From an uncultured Candidatus Saccharibacteria bacterium (lineage in GTDB: Bacteria; Patescibacteriota; JABMPQ01; JAQVVF01), in NCBI GenBank assembly GCA_964574655.1, contig CAZNOH010000004.1, positions 66,046 through 130,045 on the forward strand: a stretch of DNA of 64,000 nt, in the 5' to 3' direction. Shown piece by piece: positions 19,509 through 29,298 of the stretch (positions within the stretch are counted from its first letter, which is position 1; every line of letters begins with the position of its first letter). A program made the translations under genes and the position numbers. Under the pieces are notes generated by a model. The model worked only from the letters and a program-made list of their open reading frames with translations. It had not been told where the DNA came from and did no database searches.

Positions 19509-20573
19509 TTAGGATAATTGTTTTTTGGTTGCTTCCGAAAAAATCAGCATATTAAGAAAAAACTGTCTGTCTGGGCTTGTCTTAAGAAATTGAATAATAT
19601 CATCATCTAATTCATTAATGCGTTGCAAAGAGATTGTGACTGGCTGGGTTTTTGAAAACTTTTTCAAAGTTTCAAGATCAATTCTTTCTAAGGAATATAA
19701 ATATAAAGGGTCTTCACGCTCTGCTAATTTTTCTGCTAAACCTGGCGTAATAGCCTTTATTTCTAAATAAAGCTGGCCTTTAAATTTTTCTAATTCCGAA
19801 ACTGCGTCAGGCTGGATCTTATCAAGACCATAAATAGTCAAGTGAGTTCCCGAAAAATTAGCTATTGAGGCTGCAACTTCTTTTGTTAGATCTTTAATGC
19901 CGTATAATTCTAAATCAGGAGTTTTGATTGAAGCAAGGTGTTGCACGACTGTTTCATCTAGTTCTTTGCTAACAACAAGACGCAACTTTTTTCCCTCATA
20001 GGTCGAGAGTATTCTTGCTTGATGTTCTGACAATTCAGAAAGACCAAAATCCAATTCTCCTTCATGTGCTACAAGCTCTTGCAAGGCTTGCTCTGACATT
20101 TTTTTAATACCACATAAATGCAATTTCAAAGGTAAATTGCTAGGTCTTTCTCCATCAGCTTCTCTCCAATATTCTTCGCTAGTTGCAACATGTTTTAGAT
20201 GCTTGATCATTGCTGAATTTATATAAGTTAATTGTCGTGTCACAGCATCAAAAATGCCAGATCTAAAAGTTTTATCCTGAATTCTTTGCCAGATTTCTTT
20301 ATTTTTTTCTAAATCTGGAATTTGTCTATATTCTCCAACAGTCATTTCTTCTCCGAAAGCAGTAATTTTTAATTGCTCTAAACTGCTTTCTAGATCTAAA
20401 ACTTCTTGAGCTGTGACATTCTGATCTCTTTCTATTCTTTCTGCTAAATCACTTGCTTGATCAATAACTTGTCTGAGCTCTCTTGTTTGGACAATTTCAA
20501 AACCATGGCCTTTTTCTTTTCCTGGCTCGTTAATATCGGCTATATTTTCATGAAGCTGTTCTGGATTTGGCAT
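19509..20573 (-). CDS. Conserved N-terminal domain + LRR-like repeat protein (paralog 4)
   Basis: EQLHENIADINEP...QEVLDL...GEEMT...IPD; LRR-like repeats. Confidence 0.8.
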   Translation of the reverse strand: MPNPEQLHENIADINEPGKEKGHGFEIVQTRELRQVIDQASDLAERIERDQNVTAQEVLDLESSLEQLKITAFGEEMTVGEYRQIPDLEKNKEIWQRIQDKTFRSGIFDAVTRQLTYINSAMIKHLKHVATSEEYWREADGERPSNLPLKLHLCGIKKMSEQALQELVAHEGELDFGLSELSEHQARILSTYEGKKLRLVVSKELDETVVQHLASIKTPDLELYGIKDLTKEVAASIANFSGTHLTIYGLDKIQPDAVSELEKFKGQLYLEIKAITPGLAEKLAEREDPLYLYSLERIDLETLKKFSKTQPVTISLQRINELDDDIIQFLKTSPDRQFFLNMLIFSEATKKQLS

Positions 20574-20575
20574 TA

Positions 20576-21271
20576 TTAATTTTTAAATTTGGCAATTTGT
20601 TTTTTGAATTTATCAGGACAGTAGATTTTTCCTTCGAATTTGCTTAAAGATTTAGCTGCCTCATCTGACAGCTCAGTCAAACCTTGTATGGAAAGATTAA
20701 AATGATATACTCCTTCAAAAAGTTGGGCAATATCGGCTGGAATTGCAGTTAGGCCGTCTAAGAGAAGCAAGTTTTCTACTCCTGTTTCTAGATTTTGACG
20801 CAAGCGTACAAGCTCTTTAGCAGATTCAAAAGATAATGATTTTAGACTATGCAAATTTAATTTACATTTTCCGTCTATTTCCACGATCCCTCCGTGTTCA
20901 CTTAATATTTTAGCAAGTCCTACTGGAAGATAAGTTAAAAAAAATGACATCCTCTCAACAGTTAGATATTCATGAGACATTATTTTTTGAAAAAGTTTAG
21001 TATTCTGTTGCCTGTCAGGAATTTGTCTTATTTCATCCATTGTTAATTGGTCGCCGTAAAAATCAATTTTCATTCTATTCAAAGCACTATCTAAATCTAA
21101 AACTTCTTGCGCTGAAACATTTTCATCTCTTTCAATTTTTCCTGCAAGATCATTAACTCGTTCAACTATTTTTTCTAATTCCGAAGTTCTGGCAATTTCA
21201 AGACCAGCTTCTGTTTTTGCAGGCTCTTCGATGTCGGCTAAATTTTCATGAATTGGTTGTTCTGGTTTCAT
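20576..21271 (-). CDS. Conserved N-terminal domain + LRR-like repeat protein (paralog 3)
   Basis: HENLADIEEPAK..GLEIA..ELE...QEVLDLD; 'LSIQGLTELSDEAAKSLSKFEG'. Confidence 0.8.
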   Translation of the reverse strand: MKPEQPIHENLADIEEPAKTEAGLEIARTSELEKIVERVNDLAGKIERDENVSAQEVLDLDSALNRMKIDFYGDQLTMDEIRQIPDRQQNTKLFQKIMSHEYLTVERMSFFLTYLPVGLAKILSEHGGIVEIDGKCKLNLHSLKSLSFESAKELVRLRQNLETGVENLLLLDGLTAIPADIAQLFEGVYHFNLSIQGLTELSDEAAKSLSKFEGKIYCPDKFKKQIAKFKN

Positions 21272-21284
21272 TTTGTTTTACTAA

Positions 21285-21833
21285 TTACCAAAGCGGTGAA
21301 TAAATATATCCGCCTGGCACTTTTCTATCTTTAAGAGCCTCTTGAACTTCTTTAGTTTGCATTTCAAAAAATAAGCTTCCAAAATTAATGTTGCCATCAT
21401 GATAAGCTAAAGCTTTTGCTGAATCTACTGAAAGCGTGATAACTGAAAGACCGATATCGCCTTTATGCTTTTTGGCAAGATGTCTTGCTAATATAGCTGG
21501 CAAGTCAACAAGCCTCTGGATGCTACTATAATCATTATTATCCATGTCTCGCAAAATTTTAAGATTTCTTTTATAATCTGGCATGCTTCTTAATTCTTCT
21601 AATGTCATTATTTCGCCATCAATATCGATTTTAAGTTGGTCAAGCGCTTTATTTAAAGCTATTACTTGCTCAAATTTAACTGGCTCATCTTGCTGGATAG
21701 CTTCTGCTAATTCATTTGCTTGGTCAACTAATTTTTCTAATTCCGGAGTTTTGGCAATTTCAAGTCCGCCTGCTGGTTTTGCTGGCTCTTTGATGTCGGC
21801 TAAGTTTTCGTGAAGTTGTTCTGGATTTGTCAT
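21285..21833 (-). CDS. Conserved N-terminal domain + short LRR-like region (paralog 2)
   Basis: EQLHENLADIKEPAKPAGGLEIAKTPELE; 1-nt stop/start overlap with paralog 1. Confidence 0.8.
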   Translation of the reverse strand: MTNPEQLHENLADIKEPAKPAGGLEIAKTPELEKLVDQANELAEAIQQDEPVKFEQVIALNKALDQLKIDIDGEIMTLEELRSMPDYKRNLKILRDMDNNDYSSIQRLVDLPAILARHLAKKHKGDIGLSVITLSVDSAKALAYHDGNINFGSLFFEMQTKEVQEALKDRKVPGGYIYSPLW

Positions 21834-22735
21834 TATTTTTTGGTTTTAAAATAATCTATTTGCTGTTGTAAATTATCTGGAACATAAATATTTTCTCTAC
21901 GACTAAATATTTCGGCGGCAGAGTCAGATATTGATCCGAGACGATTAAAAACAATATCACCTTGATGATGACTTAGATGTTCTGCTACAGCATCAGAAAT
22001 TGATGTAACATTAAGAACAAGCATGCCTTGATGATGGCTTAGATGCTCTGCAGAAGCATCCGAAAAAATATCGAGTCTAACAAAATAGATATCACCTTGA
22101 TGATGACTCAAATATTCAGCTTGTTTGTCAGATAAAGTGGTAATACCAAGTGCTAGATTATCTTTGTGATGGCTTAAATGTTCGGCAGAAATATCAGATA
22201 AAGACTCTACCTCTCCCAAGCCGATAAACCCTTGATGTTCGCTCAAATAATTAGCAGACTGATCCGACAAAGAAGTCAAAGCGCGAAAATGCAAACTACC
22301 CTTGTGTTGACCAAGATATTTGGCAGCTGAATCTGGTAAAAATTCAAGCTTCTGGAAATCAATTGTATTGGGATTTTTGCTCAAAGTTTCTGCTGCAAAA
22401 TCGGTTAGAAAAGTTAATGCCTGTTCACTGTAAAGCTTGCCTGCTTGTATCCCCCTTAACCTAGGCAAATTTTTTTCTAAATCGGGAATATTTTTTACTT
22501 CGGCAACTGTCATTCTTTGTCCGCCAACATCAACTCTTAGTTGTCCTAAAGCTTTATCTAAATCCAAAACTTCTTGAGCAGTAATGTTTTCATCTTTTTC
22601 CATTCTCTCGGCTAAACTTTTTACCTCATCAATGATATTTTCTAATTCCGGACCAATGGCAACCTCAAGACCAGCTTCTGGTTTTGCTGGCTCTTTGATA
22701 TCGGCTAAATTTTCGCTGAGTTGTTCTGGTTTCAT
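21833..22735 (-). CDS. Conserved N-terminal domain + LRR-like repeat protein (paralog 1)
   Basis: Start at MKPEQLSENLADIKEPAK by paralog alignment; regular repeats 'SLSD.SAEHLSHHQG'. Confidence 0.85.
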   Translation of the reverse strand: MKPEQLSENLADIKEPAKPEAGLEVAIGPELENIIDEVKSLAERMEKDENITAQEVLDLDKALGQLRVDVGGQRMTVAEVKNIPDLEKNLPRLRGIQAGKLYSEQALTFLTDFAAETLSKNPNTIDFQKLEFLPDSAAKYLGQHKGSLHFRALTSLSDQSANYLSEHQGFIGLGEVESLSDISAEHLSHHKDNLALGITTLSDKQAEYLSHHQGDIYFVRLDIFSDASAEHLSHHQGMLVLNVTSISDAVAEHLSHHQGDIVFNRLGSISDSAAEIFSRRENIYVPDNLQQQIDYFKTKK

Positions 22736-22747
22736 TTTTGTTAATAA

Positions 22748-22823
22748 TGTCATCCTGAACCGCGGTGAAGGATCCCGTGACAAAAAGATAACAACGGGAT
22801 TCTTCGCTTCGCTCAGAATGACA
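22748..22823. repeat. MITE-like palindromic element (TGTCATCCTGA...TCAGAATGACA type)
   Basis: Terminal IR tgtcatcctga/tcagaatgaca with inner gatcccgt/acgggatt stem. Confidence 0.8.
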
Positions 22824-22845
22824 ATTTTATTTTGCTGTTTTGTTT

Positions 22846-22874
22846 ATTTTAACAAATTATTAGATTTTGGACAA
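22846..22874 (-). promoter_or_regulatory. Putative sigma70 promoter for the LRR-MoxR-vWA block
   Basis: Minus strand TTGTCC-17 nt-TAAAAT. Confidence 0.5.
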
Positions 22875-22947
22875 ACAGGAATTGATTTGAAATAATCTTG
22901 TAAATCTGTTAATCTGGCTATATACTTATAGAATTTAAATAAAACTC

Positions 22948-24693
22948 ATGGAAAATAATAAAATACAGAAAAATAGACATTCTTTATCCCACTTAATGAC
23001 AATGGCGATTTTGGAAAAGTATCCTAAAGCAAAACTTGGTGTTGGGCCAACAATTAAAGATGGATTTTACCAAGATTATGACTTGCCGATTAAATTAACG
23101 GAAGAAGATTTTAATTGGATTGAAAAAAGAATGCGAGAATTGATCAAGCAAAGAATAGCTTTTGTTCAGCATCAAATGTCCTTTGATGAGGCTTCAAAAT
23201 TGTATAAAGACGATCCATACAAAACTGAATTAATTAATGATCTTAAAAAATCTGGTGAAAAAGATGTCAGTTTTTACAAATCTGATTGGTTTGAAAATTT
23301 ATGCTTAGGACCTCATGTAGAGAATACTTCTGAAATTAATCCAGATGCTTTTAAATTGACTTTTTTGGCTGGCGCATATTGGCGAGGAAATGAAAAAAAT
23401 AAAATGTTGCAAAGAATTTACGGCATTGCTTTTGAAACAAAAAAAGAGTTAAAAGAATATTTGGAAAGCTTGAGATTAGCTGAAGCAAGAGATCATCGAA
23501 AATTAGGCAAAGAAATGGATTTATTTATTTTTTCTGATTTGATCGGCGCTGGTCTTCCTGTTTATACTTTTAAAGGCACAATTGTTCGGAGAGAAATCAT
23601 TAATCATCTTAATGAATTGCAAAAAGAAATTGGCTATCAAGAAGTGCATTCACCAAATATGAATCGAGCTGAGCTTTTTAAAGTTTCTGGCCATTTTGAC
23701 AAGTTTAAAGATAGCATGTTCAAGGTTGTTTCTAATTATACTAAAGAAGAATTCTTTTTAAAGCCGATGAATTGTCCTCAGCATACTCAGATTTTTGCAT
23801 CTCAACAAAGGAGTTACAAAGATCTGCCAATCAGAATTGCTGATTTTGCTAATCTTTATCGCGATGAAAAACCAGGCGAATTGAATGGCTTAACTCGTTT
23901 AAGATGCTTTTGCCAAGATGATGGACATAGTTTTTGCCGAGAAGATCAGATTACAGAAGAATTTTTGTCTGTACTAGAAATTATTGGAAAAGCAATGAAA
24001 ACTTATAATATGGAATATTCGGTTAGATTATCATTATGGGATCCGGAAAAAAAAGAAAAATATCTCGGCGAGCCTGAAATTTGGGAAAAATCACAAAAAT
24101 TATTGGAAAATATTTTAATTGATAACAAAATTAATTATACAAAAGCTTTAGGCGAGGCTGCTTTGTATGGACCAAAAATGGATTTGCTGACTAAAGATTC
24201 TTTGGGACGCGAATGGCAGATTTCTACAATTCAATTAGATTTCATTATGCCGAAAAGATTTGGCTTGAAATATATTGATAAAGACTCAAAAGAACAAACA
24301 CCTGTCATGGTTCATCGGGCAATTGTCGGCTCTCCAGAAAGATTTTTAGGAATTTTGATTGAACATTACGCTGGAAAATTTCCAGTCTGGCTTTCTCCTG
24401 TTCAAGTATTAATTTTATCTGTTTCTGAAAAATTTGGAGATAAAGCTAATGAGCTAGCCAAGAAGTTTAAGGATCAAGGCATAAGAACCGAAGTTGATAA
24501 TCGCGAAGAAAGCGTTGGCAAGAAAATTGCAGGATCGAGAAAACAAAAAGTGCCTTATACTATTGTTTTTGGAGAACGTGAAGAAAAATCTTCTGAGTTG
24601 CCGATAAGAATGAGGGATGGCAAAGTTGAAAATTTTGCAGTTGATAAATTTATTGAAAAAGTTAAAAAAGAAATTGTGGAACGAAGTTTATAA
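22948..24693 (+). CDS. thrS: Threonine--tRNA ligase (short form lacking TGS domain)
   Basis: RHSLSHL, GAYWRG, RDHRKLG, LKPMNCP, YGPK.D, HRA..GS.ERF. Confidence 0.98.
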   Translation: MENNKIQKNRHSLSHLMTMAILEKYPKAKLGVGPTIKDGFYQDYDLPIKLTEEDFNWIEKRMRELIKQRIAFVQHQMSFDEASKLYKDDPYKTELINDLKKSGEKDVSFYKSDWFENLCLGPHVENTSEINPDAFKLTFLAGAYWRGNEKNKMLQRIYGIAFETKKELKEYLESLRLAEARDHRKLGKEMDLFIFSDLIGAGLPVYTFKGTIVRREIINHLNELQKEIGYQEVHSPNMNRAELFKVSGHFDKFKDSMFKVVSNYTKEEFFLKPMNCPQHTQIFASQQRSYKDLPIRIADFANLYRDEKPGELNGLTRLRCFCQDDGHSFCREDQITEEFLSVLEIIGKAMKTYNMEYSVRLSLWDPEKKEKYLGEPEIWEKSQKLLENILIDNKINYTKALGEAALYGPKMDLLTKDSLGREWQISTIQLDFIMPKRFGLKYIDKDSKEQTPVMVHRAIVGSPERFLGILIEHYAGKFPVWLSPVQVLILSVSEKFGDKANELAKKFKDQGIRTEVDNREESVGKKIAGSRKQKVPYTIVFGEREEKSSELPIRMRDGKVENFAVDKFIEKVKKEIVERSL

Positions 24694-24794
24694 AGACTAA
24701 AAATATAAAAACTAGCTATCATAAAAGGCTGGTTTTTTATTTTAGAGAAATAAAAAAAGGCTTTGAGGGCCTTGATGAAATGAACTAGAATAAT

Positions 24795-26630
24795 CTATTT
24801 TTCCATTGATTTGAGTTTTTTCTTTGCTCGGAAAAGATGAATTTGATTTATGATTGTATTAAAGAAGATAGTTAACGCAAAAAATGTAAGCCAGATACTG
24901 ATATTTAAATTTAAGACATTAACTAACAATTTGGCTATTAGCATCGAGAAACAAATGTCATTAAAAAGAATAATAAATGAAGTGCTTTTCTTTATTTTTA
25001 ATAAATTTGTACAATAATTTATTATTTTAGTGCAATTTGTTATTGCATTTAAATAACCGACGCTTACAATCCAGAACAAGAGAGGTACCACAACAAAATA
25101 GTTGCTCCAATTTTGCCAAATAATAACTTGCGTTCCAACAAGACATGCTAACACAATAATTGCAGTAATCAGATTGGCAAACAGCGCCAAGTGAATATTT
25201 TGCTGAGGAAATCTTACTTCATCCGCTTTCTTTTTCATGGATTCGGGAATTACTGGTTCTTCGTATTTATATTCTAAGGGAGTAAAGGAAAATGGTTCTA
25301 ATTTAAATTCTACTTCAGAAACTTTTTCAGCTGATTTTTCGCTTTTGCGCTTTTGCCATGTTTTTCGCCACAAGGCTTTCGTACTATCCTTAATTGGTCC
25401 AAACAATCTTTGTCGCAAACTAAAAGCTTTTCTGAAAGCACCATTGAACGCGCCGAAGAGGCTTACTGGTCCATGCTTTTGAAGAGATTCTCTATAATTG
25501 CTACAATATTGCTTGAAAGCGTCTTGACACAGAGGATCATCGCAAAATGTAAAAAATTCATAGATATCAAGAAATCCTGTTGGAATCATCACCGAATCCT
25601 TATCGGTTTGATTGCCACAGAATTTGCAATGTCCGTCTTCATCCTGGACTGTCAATTTTCCTTCTTTTATCTCAATGAATGGGAATTGAAATTCCCCTCC
25701 CGCGAGTGAACGATTCAATACAGCCACTCGATCTTTCAGCTCTTGGACTTTTGCCTGACTTTCTTCAATATTGCCTGACGCTAGGTTTCGACTAGCTTCT
25801 GCATATAGTTTGGCTGCCCAAAGCAATGGGTCGTCTGTTTTTTGATCTGGTAACAAAAAAATTGGAGGATCATCGATGTCTTTTCCTTCCTGCCAGCTTT
25901 TGTTTAACAATACCTTGTAAGAAAACTTGTGGGAACCAATTTCATAATTCACGCGTACTCTCGGAAATCGACATGCCAAATTTTCGGCCAAATCCCAAGC
26001 AATACTTCCAATGCTTTTGTCAACAAAAGTAATTTCTAAAGCTTCACGCATTAATTCAATTCTGATTACAACTTCTTGGAATTGCAAATGGAACTCTCCA
26101 ATCATATCAGGCGGAGTACGGAATCTGAGAGATTGCAAATTAGGAAGCTCACAATACAATTGTTTTGGTTCATCGCCTCGTTTATCTGCAATCCGCGCTA
26201 ACATACCACTTCGATACGAAGGTTTGCGCAAAAGCTGGAATATTGCGTTTTCAGGCAAATTAATGACATGGCTAACGACAGCCTTTGCCCACTTTTGCAA
26301 CCAAGACCAATTTTGAAAAGTCGCCAAATTCTTTCTTAATCCTCCACCGATATTACTGATGCAAATCGTTGGTTTTCCGTCAACAAGTTCCAAATCTAGT
26401 TGCGGAGAAATATTGTGCCTTTTGGGATGTTCCATGATTTGCTGATAAAAAACTTCCGGCAGAGTACACCAGGCATGATATTTGACTAATTCAGGCGCAC
26501 CTAACTGATCAATAAGTAGTTGCCAAATGCCGGCATAATCAGCACGGATATAATCTTGATTTCCTAGTCCTCTTGTCAAATCCCAAATCTGCTGTAAATT
26601 AAGTAATTCTCTTGCAATGTCAATTATCAT
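24795..26630 (-). CDS. Orphan hypothetical protein with CxxC..CxxxxC putative Zn site and four C-terminal TM helices
   Basis: 611-aa ORF; CKFCG...CDDPLC; strong SD GAGGAGG. Confidence 0.6.
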   Translation of the reverse strand: MIIDIARELLNLQQIWDLTRGLGNQDYIRADYAGIWQLLIDQLGAPELVKYHAWCTLPEVFYQQIMEHPKRHNISPQLDLELVDGKPTICISNIGGGLRKNLATFQNWSWLQKWAKAVVSHVINLPENAIFQLLRKPSYRSGMLARIADKRGDEPKQLYCELPNLQSLRFRTPPDMIGEFHLQFQEVVIRIELMREALEITFVDKSIGSIAWDLAENLACRFPRVRVNYEIGSHKFSYKVLLNKSWQEGKDIDDPPIFLLPDQKTDDPLLWAAKLYAEASRNLASGNIEESQAKVQELKDRVAVLNRSLAGGEFQFPFIEIKEGKLTVQDEDGHCKFCGNQTDKDSVMIPTGFLDIYEFFTFCDDPLCQDAFKQYCSNYRESLQKHGPVSLFGAFNGAFRKAFSLRQRLFGPIKDSTKALWRKTWQKRKSEKSAEKVSEVEFKLEPFSFTPLEYKYEEPVIPESMKKKADEVRFPQQNIHLALFANLITAIIVLACLVGTQVIIWQNWSNYFVVVPLLFWIVSVGYLNAITNCTKIINYCTNLLKIKKSTSFIILFNDICFSMLIAKLLVNVLNLNISIWLTFFALTIFFNTIINQIHLFRAKKKLKSMEK

Positions 26631-26715
26631 CTTGTCCTCCTCTTTCCTGTTATTGCAGGAACAAATTTTGAAAGTACAATCTGGATACTATAATCTTTTT
26701 ATTTCTTTCTGTCAA
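26631..26715 (-). promoter_or_regulatory. Promoter + boxA-like motif + SD leader
   Basis: TTGACA-17-TATAGT, TGTACTTTCAAAA, hairpin, GAGGAGG-5 nt-ATG. Confidence 0.7.
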
Positions 26716-26893
26716 TCATTTTCTTTACAAATAATGTTTTTTTGATATACTTAAAATGAAAAAGAAACTCAATTTTAGACAAAACTGAGTTTTAAAAATC
26801 ATTAAGCCAATTTTATAATATCTATATTATCTAAATACGAAAAGCTTTTTGACACGCCTACGAAAAAGAAGGCTTGGTTAGATTTGAGAAGAG

Positions 26894-27181
26894 TTGAAAT
26901 ACAAAAAGGCAATTGTTTTGTTCTCAGCCAAGATTACTAAAGATGCAAAACAGAATTTAAATATTTTAAAACCAATAATTTTTGAAATTATATTTCCAAA
27001 ATTAAAAATAGATTTAATGCATCAGCCAGAACAGCTTAAAAAATATTATAAAAATGGACAAATTATGGAATTAAATTTGGCAATCAAAAAAGCCATTGAT
27101 TTGGCTTTGAAAAATAAACAACCTATTTTAATTTGTGGATCAATCTATTCTATACCTTGTTATAAGAAACTATATCGCTAG
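26894..27181 (+). pseudogene. Probable remnant of the FolC (folylpolyglutamate synthase) C-terminal domain
   Basis: 'AIVLFS...KD', 'AIDLA.....ILICGSIY' resembles the FolC C-terminus; no N-terminal domain or good start. Confidence 0.5.
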
Positions 27182-27187
27182 TTTAGA

Positions 27188-27280
27188 TTCTACATGGCTT
27201 TAGCCAAGGGGTATTAGAGCTTTAGCTCCAGCAATAAAATGGCTAAAGCCATTCTACCCCTCAGCTAAAGCTGGATAGAA
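27188..27280. repeat. 93-bp palindromic element (family B1, GGCTTTAGCC/GCTAAAGC)
   Basis: Long nested IR; second copy at 58287-58379. Confidence 0.85.
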
Positions 27281-27286
27281 ACTTCA

Positions 27287-28693
27287 TTACTTCCACATTC
27301 CAAGATGTAATTTTTGAGCCCTGCGTTGGGCTTTTTTAAATACGGATCGATATTTAACATTTGGCTCGTAGGTATCAACTTTGGCTAAGCCTTTTTTAAC
27401 TAATATTTTGTTAACAAATTTTTTACCGACAAAAACATAAGCTAAATCTCTGCCAATATGATCTTCTCGATCAACATCGTATTCTAAAGTAATATTTTTA
27501 TTTTCGACTAATCTTTTATTCAAATTGATTGCTTGTTCATAATATCTTTTACCAACCTCTGGAGTGTTAACGCCGATATAGCGCATTTCTCTGCTGTCTG
27601 TCAGATAAACACTGTCGCCATCTTCTACATAAATAACTTTTTCTTGAGATTTATTATTGGCAAAAAAAGGAGCAACATCAATTCCCGAATCATAATTTTT
27701 AGGAAATGGATAAAAATTGATATTTATTGGAGCGCCTGATGCTTCAAAAAAACGAACTTGAGGAACGCCATGAGCTGTGCCAGTGATTACTTCATCGCGA
27801 CCATCTGAATCCAAATCAGCAAAATCTATTCTAGCGCCTACTTCGAAATTGCTATAAGCAAGCCATGATCCGATCAATGGAGTAGCATTTTTATATTTAT
27901 AAATCTTGCACCATGCTTGTTGTTGTGATTGGCAAGTCCCAATTTCATCAATGCCGTCTTTGTCTACGTCGCCAACTGCAACGTCAATTCCACCTAAAAA
28001 ATTTGGATTAAAAGCATAGAATTCTAATGGCAACATTCTGCCATCTGCTTCGTAAACACAAATTTTTGGAGAACATTTCGGTCCATTGCCGACTATTATT
28101 TCATCTTTATCGTCATGATCAATATTGCCAGATGCAACTGTTGCTCCACACTTATCATTGTCAAAGGCTTTAAATTCTTTTATAATTTCTTGTTTTTTAT
28201 TGAAACGATAAATTTTTACTTGCGCAATTCCGCCTTCAGCTGGCACTGTAATAATTTCGTCTTTCCCATCTCTATCGACATCACCTGTTGCAACATTGAC
28301 ACCAGTTTGTGAATTTGGATATGGATTTAAAATTGGCTTTTTTAATTTACCATTTTTTTCAAAAACTAAGACTTCTGAATTACCGCCAGCTCGCTGAGAA
28401 ATGATAATTTCATCGATTGCATCGCCATCAACATCACCTGTTGCGATGTTGATGCCTTTATTGTTCTTTGGCAATTGTTTTAAATTTGATAAATAACTAG
28501 CAATTTTTCCAGTATTGGAAAATTCTTTTATTTGCGGATTGACTCCAAATCCAGTACTGACCAAAATATTGAATGGAATTTTGGCAAAAGAAATTTTTGG
28601 TAAAAACAAAACTAAACCTAAAATTAAAATTATTTTGGTATAGATTAATTTGTTATTTAAAATTTTATTACTTAATAATTTTGCCTTCACCAT
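27287..28693 (-). CDS. Secreted FG-GAP/VCBS-repeat protein fused to a C-terminal thermonuclease (SNase) domain
   Basis: Signal peptide; five 'A.GDVD.DG.DEII'-like repeats; 'VEDGDS', 'RYIGVNTPE', 'GRDLAYVF', 'GMW'. Confidence 0.85.
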   Translation of the reverse strand: MVKAKLLSNKILNNKLIYTKIILILGLVLFLPKISFAKIPFNILVSTGFGVNPQIKEFSNTGKIASYLSNLKQLPKNNKGINIATGDVDGDAIDEIIISQRAGGNSEVLVFEKNGKLKKPILNPYPNSQTGVNVATGDVDRDGKDEIITVPAEGGIAQVKIYRFNKKQEIIKEFKAFDNDKCGATVASGNIDHDDKDEIIVGNGPKCSPKICVYEADGRMLPLEFYAFNPNFLGGIDVAVGDVDKDGIDEIGTCQSQQQAWCKIYKYKNATPLIGSWLAYSNFEVGARIDFADLDSDGRDEVITGTAHGVPQVRFFEASGAPININFYPFPKNYDSGIDVAPFFANNKSQEKVIYVEDGDSVYLTDSREMRYIGVNTPEVGKRYYEQAINLNKRLVENKNITLEYDVDREDHIGRDLAYVFVGKKFVNKILVKKGLAKVDTYEPNVKYRSVFKKAQRRAQKLHLGMWK

Positions 28694-29192
28694 TAGGATT
28701 GTAATTGTTTTTTACTTCATCGCCATCGCTAAAACCATCACTATCTGTATCTTTTGTGTTTGGATTTGAATTATATTGCAACTCTTGAAGATTAGTTAAG
28801 CCATCTTCATCGTTATCTCTAATTGCATCAAGATAATCTTTGGGGTCTAAATTATTTTTTACTTCCCAACCATCCGGTATCTTATCAAAATCAGTATCAT
28901 ATTGATTTGGATCAGTACCATTTTTTAACTCTTCAATAGTTGTTAAGCCGTCGCCATCCATATCCTGATTAGAAATATCTGCTGTCAAATTAGCTTGTCT
29001 GTTTTTTTGGAAAAAATTATAGGCAATAATAACCGCAATAGACAAGATAATTATGAAAAATATAATTAGTAAAACAACAAGAATCGGATGTTTCTTGTTG
29101 TTTGTTTCCAGATATTGGAATTCTAGATTTGGTTTTTGATTTTTTGGAATATTGATAGGCGGTGCTGATTTGTGAAATCCAGAATTTTGCAT
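28668..29192 (-). CDS. Membrane-anchored protein with bacterial TSP3-like Ca-binding repeats
   Basis: DMDGDGL...E...GTDP...DTD.D repeats. Confidence 0.8.
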   Translation of the reverse strand: MQNSGFHKSAPPINIPKNQKPNLEFQYLETNNKKHPILVVLLIIFFIIILSIAVIIAYNFFQKNRQANLTADISNQDMDGDGLTTIEELKNGTDPNQYDTDFDKIPDGWEVKNNLDPKDYLDAIRDNDEDGLTNLQELQYNSNPNTKDTDSDGFSDGDEVKNNYNPNGEGKIIK

Positions 29193-29202
29193 ACTATTTT
29201 AA

Positions 29203-29235
29203 TCCTCCTTCGTCCTACGGGACTCCGGAGGACAA
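29203..29235 (-). repeat. Family A palindromic element
   Basis: Minus strand: ttg-tcctcc-gga-gtccc-gt-aggac-gaa-ggagga. Confidence 0.8.
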
Positions 29236-29298
29236 AAAGTTTTCTAATTTTGATGCTATTCGAAATTAATTATGTACTTCGGATATTAATTTTTTTCT

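Noticed and set aside
22736-22783. N-terminal extension MSRDPSPRFRMTLLTK of the first LRR paralog
   Set aside because: It is translated MITE sequence; paralog alignment puts the start at 22735.
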